NCBI GenBank assembly: GCA_038245195.1
Contig: JBBRSU010000001.1
Span: forward strand, 128,121-192,120
DNA: 64,000 nucleotides
Reading direction: 5' to 3'
From: Candidatus Saccharimonadales bacterium
GTDB lineage: Bacteria > Patescibacteriota > Saccharimonadia > Saccharimonadales > UBA10212
Shown piece after piece: positions 53,378 through 62,262 of the stretch. The notes beneath the pieces are model-generated. The model made no database searches and was not told where the DNA came from. It saw only the letters and a program-made list of their open reading frames with translations. Each line of letters starts with the position of its first letter. Positions within the stretch are counted from its first letter, which is position 1. Position numbers and translations under genes: made by a program.

Positions 53378-54964
53378 ATGAATCGATGGCTAACCCGGGC
53401 TAATCAACGAGTGTCGCTCGCAAGCGCCGCTAGTCTGTTAGTTGGAGCATCTTTATTCGGCCAAATCCTGGGCTTTATGCGAACTCAGGTTATTAACGGA
53501 AACTATAATACCACTGGGCATATTACAACCGATGCCTATTTTGCAGCTTTTAAAATTCCTGACTTCTTCTTCTATACAATTGCCGCTGGGGCGCTTGGCG
53601 TGGCCTTTATGCCGTTCTTAGCTGACAAATTACAACACGGTGATAGGCAAACGGTTTGGAAGCTAACTTCTAGCCTGTTGAACTGTCTGGGAGTCCTAAT
53701 GTTCTTAGTGGGTTTGGTTTTACTTATCTTTACTGAGCCACTTCTTAGATTGGTGGTAGGTCATAATCTGCCACCTAACCAAACTCACGATGCCGTTTTG
53801 ATTATGCGCTTGGTGGCCTTTAACCCTTTGCTCTTTACAATCTCTGGAATTCTTACCAGTTTACAGCAAACTTTTGGGCGGTTTTTCTTCTATGCCTTGG
53901 CACCAATTCTGTATAACGGTTGTATTATCGCTAGCGTCTATATATTCAAAGACAATATTGGCCTGGTTGGGCTGGGTATCGGAGCCTTGGCGGGGGCCAT
54001 ACTCCAACTTCTGATTGTTATGTTCGGCTTAGTCGGGTTGAGGTTCCGCTACATGCCTGGTTTCAATCTACATAACCAAGATTTTCGGGCGATTCTGCGG
54101 AACCTACCCCCCCGCTCAATTGACCAAGGCTTGGACTCAATCAACAGTATTGTCGAGACAAATCGAGCCAGTACCTTACGGCCAGGCTCTATTACAATTT
54201 ATGAGAACGCTTACACTTTGCACTTGGCACCAATTTTGCTGATTGGAACAGCTATTTCTACAGCTGCTTTCCCTAGGCTAAATACTCGTTTAGCCCAAGG
54301 TCGACCAGATTTATTCAGGCGAGATTTTTTGATGGTGCTTAGAGCTATGATTTGGATAATTGTGCCAGTAGTGGTTATTATATTCTTCACTCGGGCGTAT
54401 CTGGCACGCCTAATCTTCAAGAATCCCCAGCCCGATATCGCCATCGCTCTAGGTTTTCTAACAGGGGCCATATTTTTCAGAACTATTTACAGTTTGATTA
54501 GCCGTTGGTTCTATTCCCAAAAAGATACTCGCACACCGTTGTTTGTTTCGTTGTTCGCCATTGCCCTTAACATTTACTTGGCTTTTACTTTGGTTAGAGA
54601 AACCGGTGACGTAGCTAGTCTGGCAATTGCCCAGTCGATTGTGGCTGCTGTAGAGGTATTTATTTTGGTGGTTATTATGCTGTGGCGTGACAAAAAGCTG
54701 TTTAATGCCGAATTTTGGAGCGGTATCTCGCGTATTCTGTCGGTTACCGGCTTTACGATTCTGGCCACCTATATCATGGTTACGCTTATACCTTTGGCCA
54801 CAACCGACCGGGGTTTTATAAAGCTGTCTACTAAGTTGCTGGCGATTGTTATCCCAACTCTTGTACTCCATGTCTGGCTATCGGCTATCTTCGGGCTAGA
54901 AGAAGTTCGTCCGGTGCTTAGCAAACTGCGGGCCATTATTCTCAAACCAATCCGCATCCAATAA
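53378..54964 (+). CDS. murJ: lipid II flippase MurJ/MviN
   Basis: 528 aa with 14 TM segments. The N-terminus (SLLVGASLFGQILGFMRTQVI...DAYFAAFKIPDFF) is typical of MurJ. Confidence 0.8.
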   Translation: MNRWLTRANQRVSLASAASLLVGASLFGQILGFMRTQVINGNYNTTGHITTDAYFAAFKIPDFFFYTIAAGALGVAFMPFLADKLQHGDRQTVWKLTSSLLNCLGVLMFLVGLVLLIFTEPLLRLVVGHNLPPNQTHDAVLIMRLVAFNPLLFTISGILTSLQQTFGRFFFYALAPILYNGCIIASVYIFKDNIGLVGLGIGALAGAILQLLIVMFGLVGLRFRYMPGFNLHNQDFRAILRNLPPRSIDQGLDSINSIVETNRASTLRPGSITIYENAYTLHLAPILLIGTAISTAAFPRLNTRLAQGRPDLFRRDFLMVLRAMIWIIVPVVVIIFFTRAYLARLIFKNPQPDIAIALGFLTGAIFFRTIYSLISRWFYSQKDTRTPLFVSLFAIALNIYLAFTLVRETGDVASLAIAQSIVAAVEVFILVVIMLWRDKKLFNAEFWSGISRILSVTGFTILATYIMVTLIPLATTDRGFIKLSTKLLAIVIPTLVLHVWLSAIFGLEEVRPVLSKLRAIILKPIRIQ

Positions 54965-54989
54965 TTACCTCTGTTATAATTGAGAGCTA

Positions 54990-56768
54990 ATGAACCAGGA
55001 CCATATCAGGAACTTCTGCATAATTGCCCATATTGACCACGGCAAGTCGACTTTGGCTGATCGTTTGCTGGAATTAACCGGAACAGTAGAAAAACGCAAC
55101 ATGAAAGCCCAGATTCTCGATAAAATGGATTTAGAACAAGAGCGAGGCATTACTATTAAATTGGCACCAGTCAGGATGGGCTATAAAGACTTTGAGTTAA
55201 ATTTGATAGACACCCCCGGTCATGTGGACTTCAGCTACGAAGTCAGTCGGTCGTTGGAAGCGGTAGAAGGAGCTATTTTAGTAGTTGATGCTAGTCAGGG
55301 CATCCAAGCTCAAACCCTAGCCAACGTTTATTTAGCACTAGCGGCCGATCTTAAAATTATCCCGGTTCTTAATAAAATCGACTTACCGGCCGCCGATGTG
55401 GAGCGAGTCAGTGCCGAAGTCGTGAAGTTACTGGGCTGCAAAAAAGCCGATATTCTACTGGTTAGTGCCAAAACCGGCCAAGGTGTCATCGAACTCCTCG
55501 ACAAGCTAGTTATTGATGTACCGCCACCCAAAGGCCAATCCACCAACTCAGCCAGAGCCTTAATTTTCGATTCCTACTACGACGATTACAGGGGTGTAAT
55601 TCTTTATGTTCGTCAGTTCGACGGCCAAATTCAAAAGAATTCAGCTATCAAAATGCTTGGTACTAAGGCCGAGGGCATAGCCCTTGAAGTTGGTAGTTTG
55701 AATCCGGAAATGAGCCCATCGGCTAAACTTACGGCTGGCGAAATCGGCTATATAGTAACAAACCTTAAATCAACTCGCGAGGCTAGGGTTGGCGACACTG
55801 TCGGTTTGGCAGCCGATAATTCTGTGGAACAACTACCAGGCTATAAAGACGTATTACCATTTGTTTATGCTGGATTTTTCCCAGAAAGCAACGAAAATTA
55901 TCAAGCTCTAAAAGATGCTGTGGAACGACTTAGTTTGAGTGACTCAGCCCTACAATATGCTGCCGAGAATTCCCCGGTTTTAGGTTTTGGATTTCGTCTC
56001 GGTTTCCTGGGTTTGTTACACATGGACATTGTTCGCGAACGGCTCGAACGTGAGTACGATTTAGAGCTAATCGTTACTAATCCTTCAACTGATTATGAAG
56101 TTAAGCTGACATCAGGTGCTGAGTTAGATATAAAATCGGCCTCCGAATTGCCCGATACCAGCCTCATAGAAGAGATTAAAGAACCTTGGGTAAAAGGTGA
56201 GATTGTTTGCCCTAATCAATATGTTGGCAGTGTCCTTCAAATGGTAGTTAATGCTCGCGGTCGCCAAAAACACATTAGCTACATGGATAATCTAGCTGTG
56301 ATTGATTTTGAAGCACCACTGGCCAATTTATTAACTGATTTTTACGACCAACTTAAAAGTTTGACCTCGGGCTACGGTTCTTTTAACTATGAACTCGATG
56401 ATTATCGCACCGAAGACCTAGTGCGACTAGATTTTTACGTAGCTGGCGATAGAGTTGATGCGTTATCTATAATGGTTCATAAGACAGAAGCCGAAAGGCT
56501 GGCCCGCGGTGCAGTGGCTAAGCTAAAAGAAGTAATCCCGCGCCAACAGTTCAAAGTCGCTCTTCAGGCCGCGGTTGGTGGAAAGTTTATAGCTCGCGAA
56601 GACATCAGTGCCTATCGTAAAGATGTTACGACCGGACTCTACGGCGGGGATGTTTCACGCAAGAAAAAGGTCTTAGCTAAACAGAAAAAGGGTAAAGAAC
56701 GTATGAAGCGATTTGGTAAAGTAGATATACCAGCCGAAGCTTTCGCTGTTATGCTAAAGAGAGATTAA
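54990..56768 (+). CDS. lepA: translation elongation factor 4
   Basis: IRNFCIIAHIDHGKSTLADRLL, DTPGHVDF and NKIDLP form the GTPase domain. The LepA-specific C-terminus ends ...KKGKERMKRFGKVDIPAEAF. Confidence 0.95.
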   Translation: MNQDHIRNFCIIAHIDHGKSTLADRLLELTGTVEKRNMKAQILDKMDLEQERGITIKLAPVRMGYKDFELNLIDTPGHVDFSYEVSRSLEAVEGAILVVDASQGIQAQTLANVYLALAADLKIIPVLNKIDLPAADVERVSAEVVKLLGCKKADILLVSAKTGQGVIELLDKLVIDVPPPKGQSTNSARALIFDSYYDDYRGVILYVRQFDGQIQKNSAIKMLGTKAEGIALEVGSLNPEMSPSAKLTAGEIGYIVTNLKSTREARVGDTVGLAADNSVEQLPGYKDVLPFVYAGFFPESNENYQALKDAVERLSLSDSALQYAAENSPVLGFGFRLGFLGLLHMDIVRERLEREYDLELIVTNPSTDYEVKLTSGAELDIKSASELPDTSLIEEIKEPWVKGEIVCPNQYVGSVLQMVVNARGRQKHISYMDNLAVIDFEAPLANLLTDFYDQLKSLTSGYGSFNYELDDYRTEDLVRLDFYVAGDRVDALSIMVHKTEAERLARGAVAKLKEVIPRQQFKVALQAAVGGKFIAREDISAYRKDVTTGLYGGDVSRKKKVLAKQKKGKERMKRFGKVDIPAEAFAVMLKRD

Positions 56769-56769
56769 T

Positions 56770-57456
56770 ATGACAAGAGACGAATTTATTAAGCATCTGC
56801 CCAGTCTAATAGACAATTATCAGCCACTCTCCGAGGCCAAAGACCGCATTTCTAATGTTGATCTTCTGATGATTGTTGGAGCGACTGGGGTAGGCAAAAC
56901 TAGCATTATAAAACGGCTGGGCGTACCGTTTGTAATAACCGATACCACTCGACCAATCCGACCGGATGAGATTAATGGTTCGGATTATAACTTTCGGACC
57001 GACTACGAGCAGCTTTCTAAAGAAATTAAAGAGCACGAGTTTGTCCAATTTAACATTTTCCCGACCGGCGATTTTTATGGTACCAAGGCCAGTTCTTACC
57101 CCGATCTGGGCTTTGCTGTCTACGCTATCGTATCTGGCATTATCCCGCAGATGCGTCAGTTGGGCTTTAACGACAGCATAACCGCCTTTATTGTCCCGCC
57201 AACCTTCGAAGAGTGGATGCATCGAATCGACCATGTGAACATTGAAAGAGACCAGTTAACCAAACGGCTCGAGGAAGCTATGGATTCATTTAGCTTTGCG
57301 CTAAGTGATCAGCGAACCCACTTTATTCTCAACGACGAAATCCCCGACGCAGCGCAGCAGGTTAAAGAGCTATTGAATGGCAAAATTAATAAATCTCGCG
57401 AGTCGGAAGCTCGAAAAGCCGCCGAAGCCAACTTTCAGCACCTTATAAAGCGTTAA
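56770..57456 (+). CDS. divergent guanylate-kinase-like P-loop kinase
   Basis: It has the P-loop GATGVGKTS, plus TDTTRPIRPDEINGSDYNFRT...GDFYGT, which parallels the Gmk pattern SxTTRxxRxGExxGxxYxF...GNxYGT. Confidence 0.55.
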   Translation: MTRDEFIKHLPSLIDNYQPLSEAKDRISNVDLLMIVGATGVGKTSIIKRLGVPFVITDTTRPIRPDEINGSDYNFRTDYEQLSKEIKEHEFVQFNIFPTGDFYGTKASSYPDLGFAVYAIVSGIIPQMRQLGFNDSITAFIVPPTFEEWMHRIDHVNIERDQLTKRLEEAMDSFSFALSDQRTHFILNDEIPDAAQQVKELLNGKINKSRESEARKAAEANFQHLIKR

Positions 57457-58035
57457 ATGATTATCCCGTCCAAGAAATCCCATGGGAAGCTTTTGATAAT
57501 CTCTGGGACTTCGGCGGGGGCTGGCAAAGATACACTTTTAAAGCTGTTTTTAAAAAAACATCCCGACTGGGTACATCCGCCGTCCACCACCACTAGACCG
57601 CCACGCTTTGGTGAAACCGAGGGTGTTGATTATTTTTTCATCGATAAGCAAACTTTCGAAGATAAGCTACGAAGAGACGAATTTTTAGAAGTCGATTTCC
57701 ACGCTGGAAACTGGTACGGAACACTCCAAAAGCCTATCCAGGACTTGCTGGATACCAATGCCAAACTTGTTTTACGTAAAGACGTCAATGGCTCTATTGA
57801 ACTTAAGAACAAAATTCCGCAAGCCATAGTGGTCTTTATCGATGTCGAAAGGCCCGAAGTGCTCGAACAAAGGATTAGGCAACGTGACTTGGATTCAGAA
57901 GCCGAAATCCAAGCCCGATTAAAACTGGCTCAGCAGGAACAAGCTTTAAAAAAACACTTTGACCATGTAGTCATCAACCACCACAACCGGCCAGAAGAGG
58001 CATTGGCTACCATCGAAAAGGCCGTTGGGCTTTAG
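57457..58035 (+). CDS. gmk: guanylate kinase
   Basis: ISGTSAGAGKDTL and STTTRPPRFGETEGVDYFFIDKQTFEDKLRRDEFLEVDFHAGNWYGT are canonical Gmk motifs. Confidence 0.85.
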   Translation: MIIPSKKSHGKLLIISGTSAGAGKDTLLKLFLKKHPDWVHPPSTTTRPPRFGETEGVDYFFIDKQTFEDKLRRDEFLEVDFHAGNWYGTLQKPIQDLLDTNAKLVLRKDVNGSIELKNKIPQAIVVFIDVERPEVLEQRIRQRDLDSEAEIQARLKLAQQEQALKKHFDHVVINHHNRPEEALATIEKAVGL

Positions 58036-58062
58036 CTGGCACTCTTGACATATGAGTGCTAA
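58036..58062 (+). promoter_or_regulatory. CIRCE operator 1 (HrcA binding site)
   Basis: ctGGCACTC-ttgacatat-GAGTGCTAA compares with the consensus TTAGCACTC-N9-GAGTGCTAA. It overlaps the -35 hexamer. Confidence 0.8.
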
Positions 58063-58074
58063 TTTAACTAAAAT
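58045..58074 (+). promoter_or_regulatory. sigma-70-type promoter of the hrcA operon
   Basis: The -35 is TTGACA (58045-58050). After an 18-nt spacer, the -10 is TAAAAT (58069-58074). Confidence 0.55.
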
Positions 58075-58083
58075 ATAAGTACT

Positions 58084-58110
58084 CTGGCAGTAATGTCATA
58101 GGAGTGCTAA
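58084..58110 (+). promoter_or_regulatory. CIRCE-like operator 2, abutting the hrcA start codon
   Basis: ctGGCAgTa-atgtcatag-GAGTGCTAA is followed immediately by ATG 58111. The right half is perfect; the left half has 2 further mismatches compared with operator 1. Confidence 0.6.
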
Positions 58111-58815
58111 ATGACAGAAAGACAAACCAAGATATTACAGGCGATTGTCGAGCAATATGCCGAAGTCGCCGCTCCAGTTGGTAGTAGTTTGCTAGCCAAA
58201 GCTTTTAGTGTGTCCAGTGCCACTGTTCGGGCCGATATGGCCGAATTAGAACGCTTAGGTTTTATAAATCAACCTCATACCAGTGCTGGTCGGATCCCAA
58301 CCGACAAGGGTTATCGGTTTTATGTTAACAATTTATCCGAAATCGCCGATAAGCCAGCCGAACGCCGAGCCGAGCGGGCCTTAGAAGCCCGGGTAACTAC
58401 CGGTGGCCATCCCGAACACACCATTCGCAACACTGTAGATACCCTAGTGGAGCTGACTCACAATCTAGGCCTGGCCACAATTGGACCACAACTTTATATG
58501 AGTGGCTTGTCTAACTTATTTGGCCAACCAGAATTTATCCAACCTGGCCAGGTCCAAGAAGTCGCCCGGCTTTTGGATAATCTACAGCCTTGGCTCAACG
58601 AAGCCGCCCCCAACGAACCGCTAAGCGTTTACATCGGTCGCGAGAACCCGATTGGTCGTAGTGCCGGTGCTAGCCTAATAATTAGCCGATTTCGCAGCCC
58701 ATTTTCCGATAGTAGTTACATTGGCGTGCTGGGCCCCACTCGCCAAAGCTATCGTGATGTAATGAATTTGGTCGGCCGAGCCGGCAAAGCCCTGGAGGAA
58801 ACTCTTTATGTCTAA
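58111..58815 (+). CDS. hrcA: heat-inducible transcription repressor HrcA (short form, 234 aa)
   Basis: MTERQTKILQAIVEQYAEVAAPVGSSLLAKAFSVSSATVRADMAELERLGFINQPHTSAGRIPTDKGYRFYVN matches the HrcA wHTH N-terminus. CIRCE elements lie upstream. Confidence 0.8.
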   Translation: MTERQTKILQAIVEQYAEVAAPVGSSLLAKAFSVSSATVRADMAELERLGFINQPHTSAGRIPTDKGYRFYVNNLSEIADKPAERRAERALEARVTTGGHPEHTIRNTVDTLVELTHNLGLATIGPQLYMSGLSNLFGQPEFIQPGQVQEVARLLDNLQPWLNEAAPNEPLSVYIGRENPIGRSAGASLIISRFRSPFSDSSYIGVLGPTRQSYRDVMNLVGRAGKALEETLYV

Positions 58816-59065
58816 TTCTGACAGATTACAATCTTTTATAGGCGATAAAGAATTAAAACCTGCTTATGACTACTATGGGGCTGGATTTTATGAACAAGTC
58901 GGCAGTAACTCAGGAATACTTAAACGTGTACAAGAGGTAAATGATTACATTGAAACTTGCTTGCATGTGTTTGGGGTTAGTGAACTGTTTGAACTACCAG
59001 GAGAATTACAGGATGAAATAAATAGGCTAGCGGTTATAGATCTAATGGAGTTTATGGATGACTAA
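58808..59065 (+). CDS. hypothetical acidic small protein embedded between hrcA and grpE
   Basis: 85 aa. It overlaps both hrcA (58808-58815) and grpE (59058-59065) by 8 nt. Confidence 0.5.
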   Translation: MSNSDRLQSFIGDKELKPAYDYYGAGFYEQVGSNSGILKRVQEVNDYIETCLHVFGVSELFELPGELQDEINRLAVIDLMEFMDD

Positions 59066-59522
59066 GAAACCAACCCTAAAAGAACTAGAGCAAAAAGTCG
59101 GTGAGTTAACCGAAGCCCTACAGCGCGAGCGGGCTGATGCTCAAAATTTGCGCCGTCGAACCGAAGAAGACAAAGCTCGGCTGGGAGGATTCTATAAGGC
59201 CATGGTCGTCCAAGAGCTTCTACCGGCTTTAGATAATTTAGAGAGGTCAATGTTGCATACCCCTAAAGAATTACATGACAACGACTATGTTAAAGGTGTT
59301 CAAGGAGTAATAAAACAGTTCGATCAAAGTTTTGCTCAGCTTGGGGTTAAGCGCATCAAAACCGTTGGTGAGGTTTTTGACCCCAGACTGCACGAAGCAG
59401 TACACATGGAAGAAGGTGACGGAACGGTTGAAGTTGTTTGCGAGGAACTTCAACCGGGTTACTTACTGGGCGACGAAGTTATTCGCCACGCCATGGTCAA
59501 AGTAAAAATGGAGAAAAAATAA
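59058..59522 (+). CDS. grpE: nucleotide exchange factor GrpE
   Basis: It has a coiled-coil N-terminus. LLPALDNLERS...FDPRLHEAV...GYLLGDEVIRHAMVKV are GrpE motifs. Confidence 0.85.
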   Translation: MTKKPTLKELEQKVGELTEALQRERADAQNLRRRTEEDKARLGGFYKAMVVQELLPALDNLERSMLHTPKELHDNDYVKGVQGVIKQFDQSFAQLGVKRIKTVGEVFDPRLHEAVHMEEGDGTVEVVCEELQPGYLLGDEVIRHAMVKVKMEKK

Positions 59523-59743
59523 TGGCTAAATCATCAGAAAACTTCGAGTTTTTTATTGATCCTCCGGTAAATATAAGGGGCGGCCAGGTAAATCTTCAGG
59601 AACTAAGCAGTTCACAAATTATGGAAATATATGAAAGGGACAAAAGAATGATTTATTTTTTTGAGAGAGCTCGTGAACGTGAAGCAGTCGAAGAAGCAGA
59701 ACAAATTTTAAGTGAACAAATTCAAACTAAAGAGGAGGAATAA
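59522..59743 (+). CDS. hypothetical small acidic protein between grpE and dnaK
   Basis: 73 aa from the ATG at 59522, which overlaps the grpE stop as TAATG ([15 protein letters not shown]...). The track's longer start at 59438 would overlap grpE out of frame. Confidence 0.4.
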   Translation: MAKSSENFEFFIDPPVNIRGGQVNLQELSSSQIMEIYERDKRMIYFFERAREREAVEEAEQILSEQIQTKEEE

Positions 59744-59745
59744 TT

Positions 59746-61671
59746 ATGGCAAAAATAATTGGAATAGATCTAGGAACAACTAACAGTGCTATGGCGGTGA
59801 TGCAGTCCGGCAAGCCGGAAATCATCGCTAACAGTGAAGGTAACCGCACTACGCCCAGCGTAGTAGCTATTAATAAGAACGACGAACGTTTGGTCGGCCA
59901 AGTGGCCAATCGACAGCGCGTAACTAACCCAACTAACACAATTTTTGGTGTAAAACGTTTAATTGGTCGCAAATTCGATGACGAAGAGGTCCAGCGTGAC
60001 CTAAAGCTAATGCCATACAAAATCGTCAAAGCCGGCAGTGGCGTAAAAGTTGAAATGGCTGGCAAAGAGTACAGCCCTGAAGAAGTTAGTGGCATGATTT
60101 TAAGCAAATTAAAAGCTGACGCCGAAGCCTTTCTGGGCGAGCCGGTCACCGAAGCTGTAATAACCGTGCCAGCCTATTTCGATGACGGACAGCGCCAAGC
60201 CACCAAAGATGCCGGAAAAATTGCTGGTTTGGAGGTTAAGCGAATTATCAACGAACCAACTGCCGCAGCACTAGCCTACGGTTTAGATAAAGGCAAGGAA
60301 GAAAAAATCGCCGTATTTGACCTTGGCGGCGGAACTTTTGACGTATCAATCCTGCAACTGGGAGACGGCGTTTTTGAGGTTTTAAGCACCAACGGCGATA
60401 CCCATCTAGGCGGCGAAGATTTTGATATGCGGATCGTGAACCATTTCGTAGAACAATTTAAAAATCAATCCGGCATAGAAGTCAAAGACGACAAAGCCGC
60501 CATGCAACGGCTCAAAGAAGAGGCCGAGAAAGCCAAAAAAGAGCTATCAACTACAGAGGTAGCAGATATTAATCTGCCGTTTCTAACCGCCGATGCCGAT
60601 GGCCCTAAGCACTTTGAATACAAGCTAACTCGGGCCAAACTGATCGAGCTGGTACAGGACTTAATCGATAAAACGGCTGTTCCTTGCGAGAAAGCTATTA
60701 AAGACGCCAAACTATCAGCATCAGATATTAATGAAATTGTACTAGTTGGCGGCATGACTCGCATGCCATCGGTTGTCGAAAAAGTTAAGCAAATTTTCGG
60801 CAAAGACCCGCTTCAAGGTGTTAATCCGGATGAAGTTGTGGCCGTAGGTGCTGCTATACAAGGTGGCGTACTCCAGGGCGATGTCAAAGATGTACTACTG
60901 CTAGACGTGACCCCACTCAGCTTAGGCATTGAGACACTTGGTAGCGTAACTACCAAGCTAATCGAGCGTAATACCACCATACCAACAAGTAAGAATGAGG
61001 TATTTTCTACGGCGGCTGATAATCAAAACAGCGTCGAAATCCACGTTTTACAGGGTGAGCGAGAAATGTCAGCTGACAACAAGTCTCTCGGCCGGTTTGT
61101 ACTTGACGGCATCCCGCCTGCGCCCCGCGGCGTACCTCAGATCGAGGTTACCTTTAACATCGACGCAAACGGCATCCTAAATGTTGGTGCTAAAGACAAA
61201 GGCACCGGTAAAGAGCAGAGTATTACCATTCAAGGCAGCGGCAACCTAGATAAAGCCGAAGTTGAGAAAGCTGCTAAAGATGCCGAAGTCCACGCCGAAG
61301 AAGACAAGAAAAAACGTGAGGTGATCGAGGCCAAAAACACACTGGAAAACGCAGTTTACCAAGCTGGGAAAATGAAGACCGAATACAAGGACAAGCTGGC
61401 CGAAGAGGATGTAAAAACTCTCGACGAAGCAGTGGCTGAAGCAAAAACCCATCTAGAAGCCACCGATAAGGACGAGCTAGAAAAAGCCGCTAAGGAACTC
61501 AGCGACAAACTAATGCCAATTGGTGCCAAGATGTACGAAGCCGCCCAGGCCGAAGGCAAGCCGGCCGAGAACTCAACCCAACCTGACGACAAGAAAAAGT
61601 CCGACAAAGACGAACCCATCGAAGGCGAAGTCGTCGATGACACATCCGACAAGGACAAGAAGGAAGACTAA
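59746..61671 (+). CDS. dnaK: molecular chaperone DnaK (Hsp70)
   Basis: [21 protein letters not shown] and [10 protein letters not shown] are Hsp70 signatures. The RBS is aaagaggagg. Confidence 0.97.
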   Translation: MAKIIGIDLGTTNSAMAVMQSGKPEIIANSEGNRTTPSVVAINKNDERLVGQVANRQRVTNPTNTIFGVKRLIGRKFDDEEVQRDLKLMPYKIVKAGSGVKVEMAGKEYSPEEVSGMILSKLKADAEAFLGEPVTEAVITVPAYFDDGQRQATKDAGKIAGLEVKRIINEPTAAALAYGLDKGKEEKIAVFDLGGGTFDVSILQLGDGVFEVLSTNGDTHLGGEDFDMRIVNHFVEQFKNQSGIEVKDDKAAMQRLKEEAEKAKKELSTTEVADINLPFLTADADGPKHFEYKLTRAKLIELVQDLIDKTAVPCEKAIKDAKLSASDINEIVLVGGMTRMPSVVEKVKQIFGKDPLQGVNPDEVVAVGAAIQGGVLQGDVKDVLLLDVTPLSLGIETLGSVTTKLIERNTTIPTSKNEVFSTAADNQNSVEIHVLQGEREMSADNKSLGRFVLDGIPPAPRGVPQIEVTFNIDANGILNVGAKDKGTGKEQSITIQGSGNLDKAEVEKAAKDAEVHAEEDKKKREVIEAKNTLENAVYQAGKMKTEYKDKLAEEDVKTLDEAVAEAKTHLEATDKDELEKAAKELSDKLMPIGAKMYEAAQAEGKPAENSTQPDDKKKSDKDEPIEGEVVDDTSDKDKKED

Positions 61672-61829
61672 TGAAACCGGCTAACTACCTGCGCTATGTG
61701 CTGTTACCACTTGTGGCCATAGCCGCAGGCGTTAAGCTTGGCATAAAATACGCCCAAGATAATTATGTTGTGAAGGACAAGAAGTTCATTGAAGGCCAAG
61801 TTAAGTCAAATATAAGGGATAATAAGTAA
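61671..61829 (+). CDS. candidate 52-aa membrane peptide overlapping the dnaK stop
   Basis: From my own translation: [52 protein letters not shown]. The ATG overlaps the dnaK TAA as TAATG. It is below the ORF-track cutoff. Confidence 0.35.
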   Translation: MKPANYLRYVLLPLVAIAAGVKLGIKYAQDNYVVKDKKFIEGQVKSNIRDNK

Positions 61830-61842
61830 TATAAGGTTAATT

Positions 61843-62262
61843 ATGGCGAACAGAATTACTAGTGGTGAACCAGACGGAAGTCTCGTAAATGAACAGGTAC
61901 CTATGATTTCAATTAACGAAATGATTCAGGAGTTACTAGGCTACAATATTGATTCGATTTCGGAAGCTGAGAGTCGGCAGTTCAAATTAAATAAAACCCT
62001 TTGGCAAAGGGAAACACACTCTAAATTAGGCGAGCACGTTTTCTTATCGTTTAACGACCATAGTGAGAGTAAGCATTTAGTTCCCGCTCAGTACTTCATC
62101 CAGGTTTACGGAATACAACACTCCAAAAACAACCCCCAGATAATTGACGATATACGCTGGACCGAACACGATGACCCTACAAAACTATTTGCAGATAATT
62201 TAGCTCGGATAGAGGAGCTACTTGGACTATTTAAGACTGTAGAGCCATCCAACAATGGCTAA
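61843..62262 (+). CDS. hypothetical protein between dnaK and dnaJ
   Basis: 139 aa. It overlaps the dnaJ start by 8 nt. No family recognised. Confidence 0.5.
   Translation: MANRITSGEPDGSLVNEQVPMISINEMIQELLGYNIDSISEAESRQFKLNKTLWQRETHSKLGEHVFLSFNDHSESKHLVPAQYFIQVYGIQHSKNNPQIIDDIRWTEHDDPTKLFADNLARIEELLGLFKTVEPSNNG

Noticed and set aside
58076-58110. Alternative reading of the second operator as TAAGTACTC-N17-GAGTGCTAA
   Set aside because: The spacer is incompatible with the N9 CIRCE geometry. The ctGGCAgTa-N9-GAGTGCTAA register reproduces the spacing and the left-half pattern of operator 1.
59438-59521. Longer version of the small ORF overlapping grpE
   Set aside because: It would overlap the grpE 3' end by 85 nt in another frame. 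The ATG at 59522, in a TAATG junction, matches the coupling pattern seen elsewhere in the operon.
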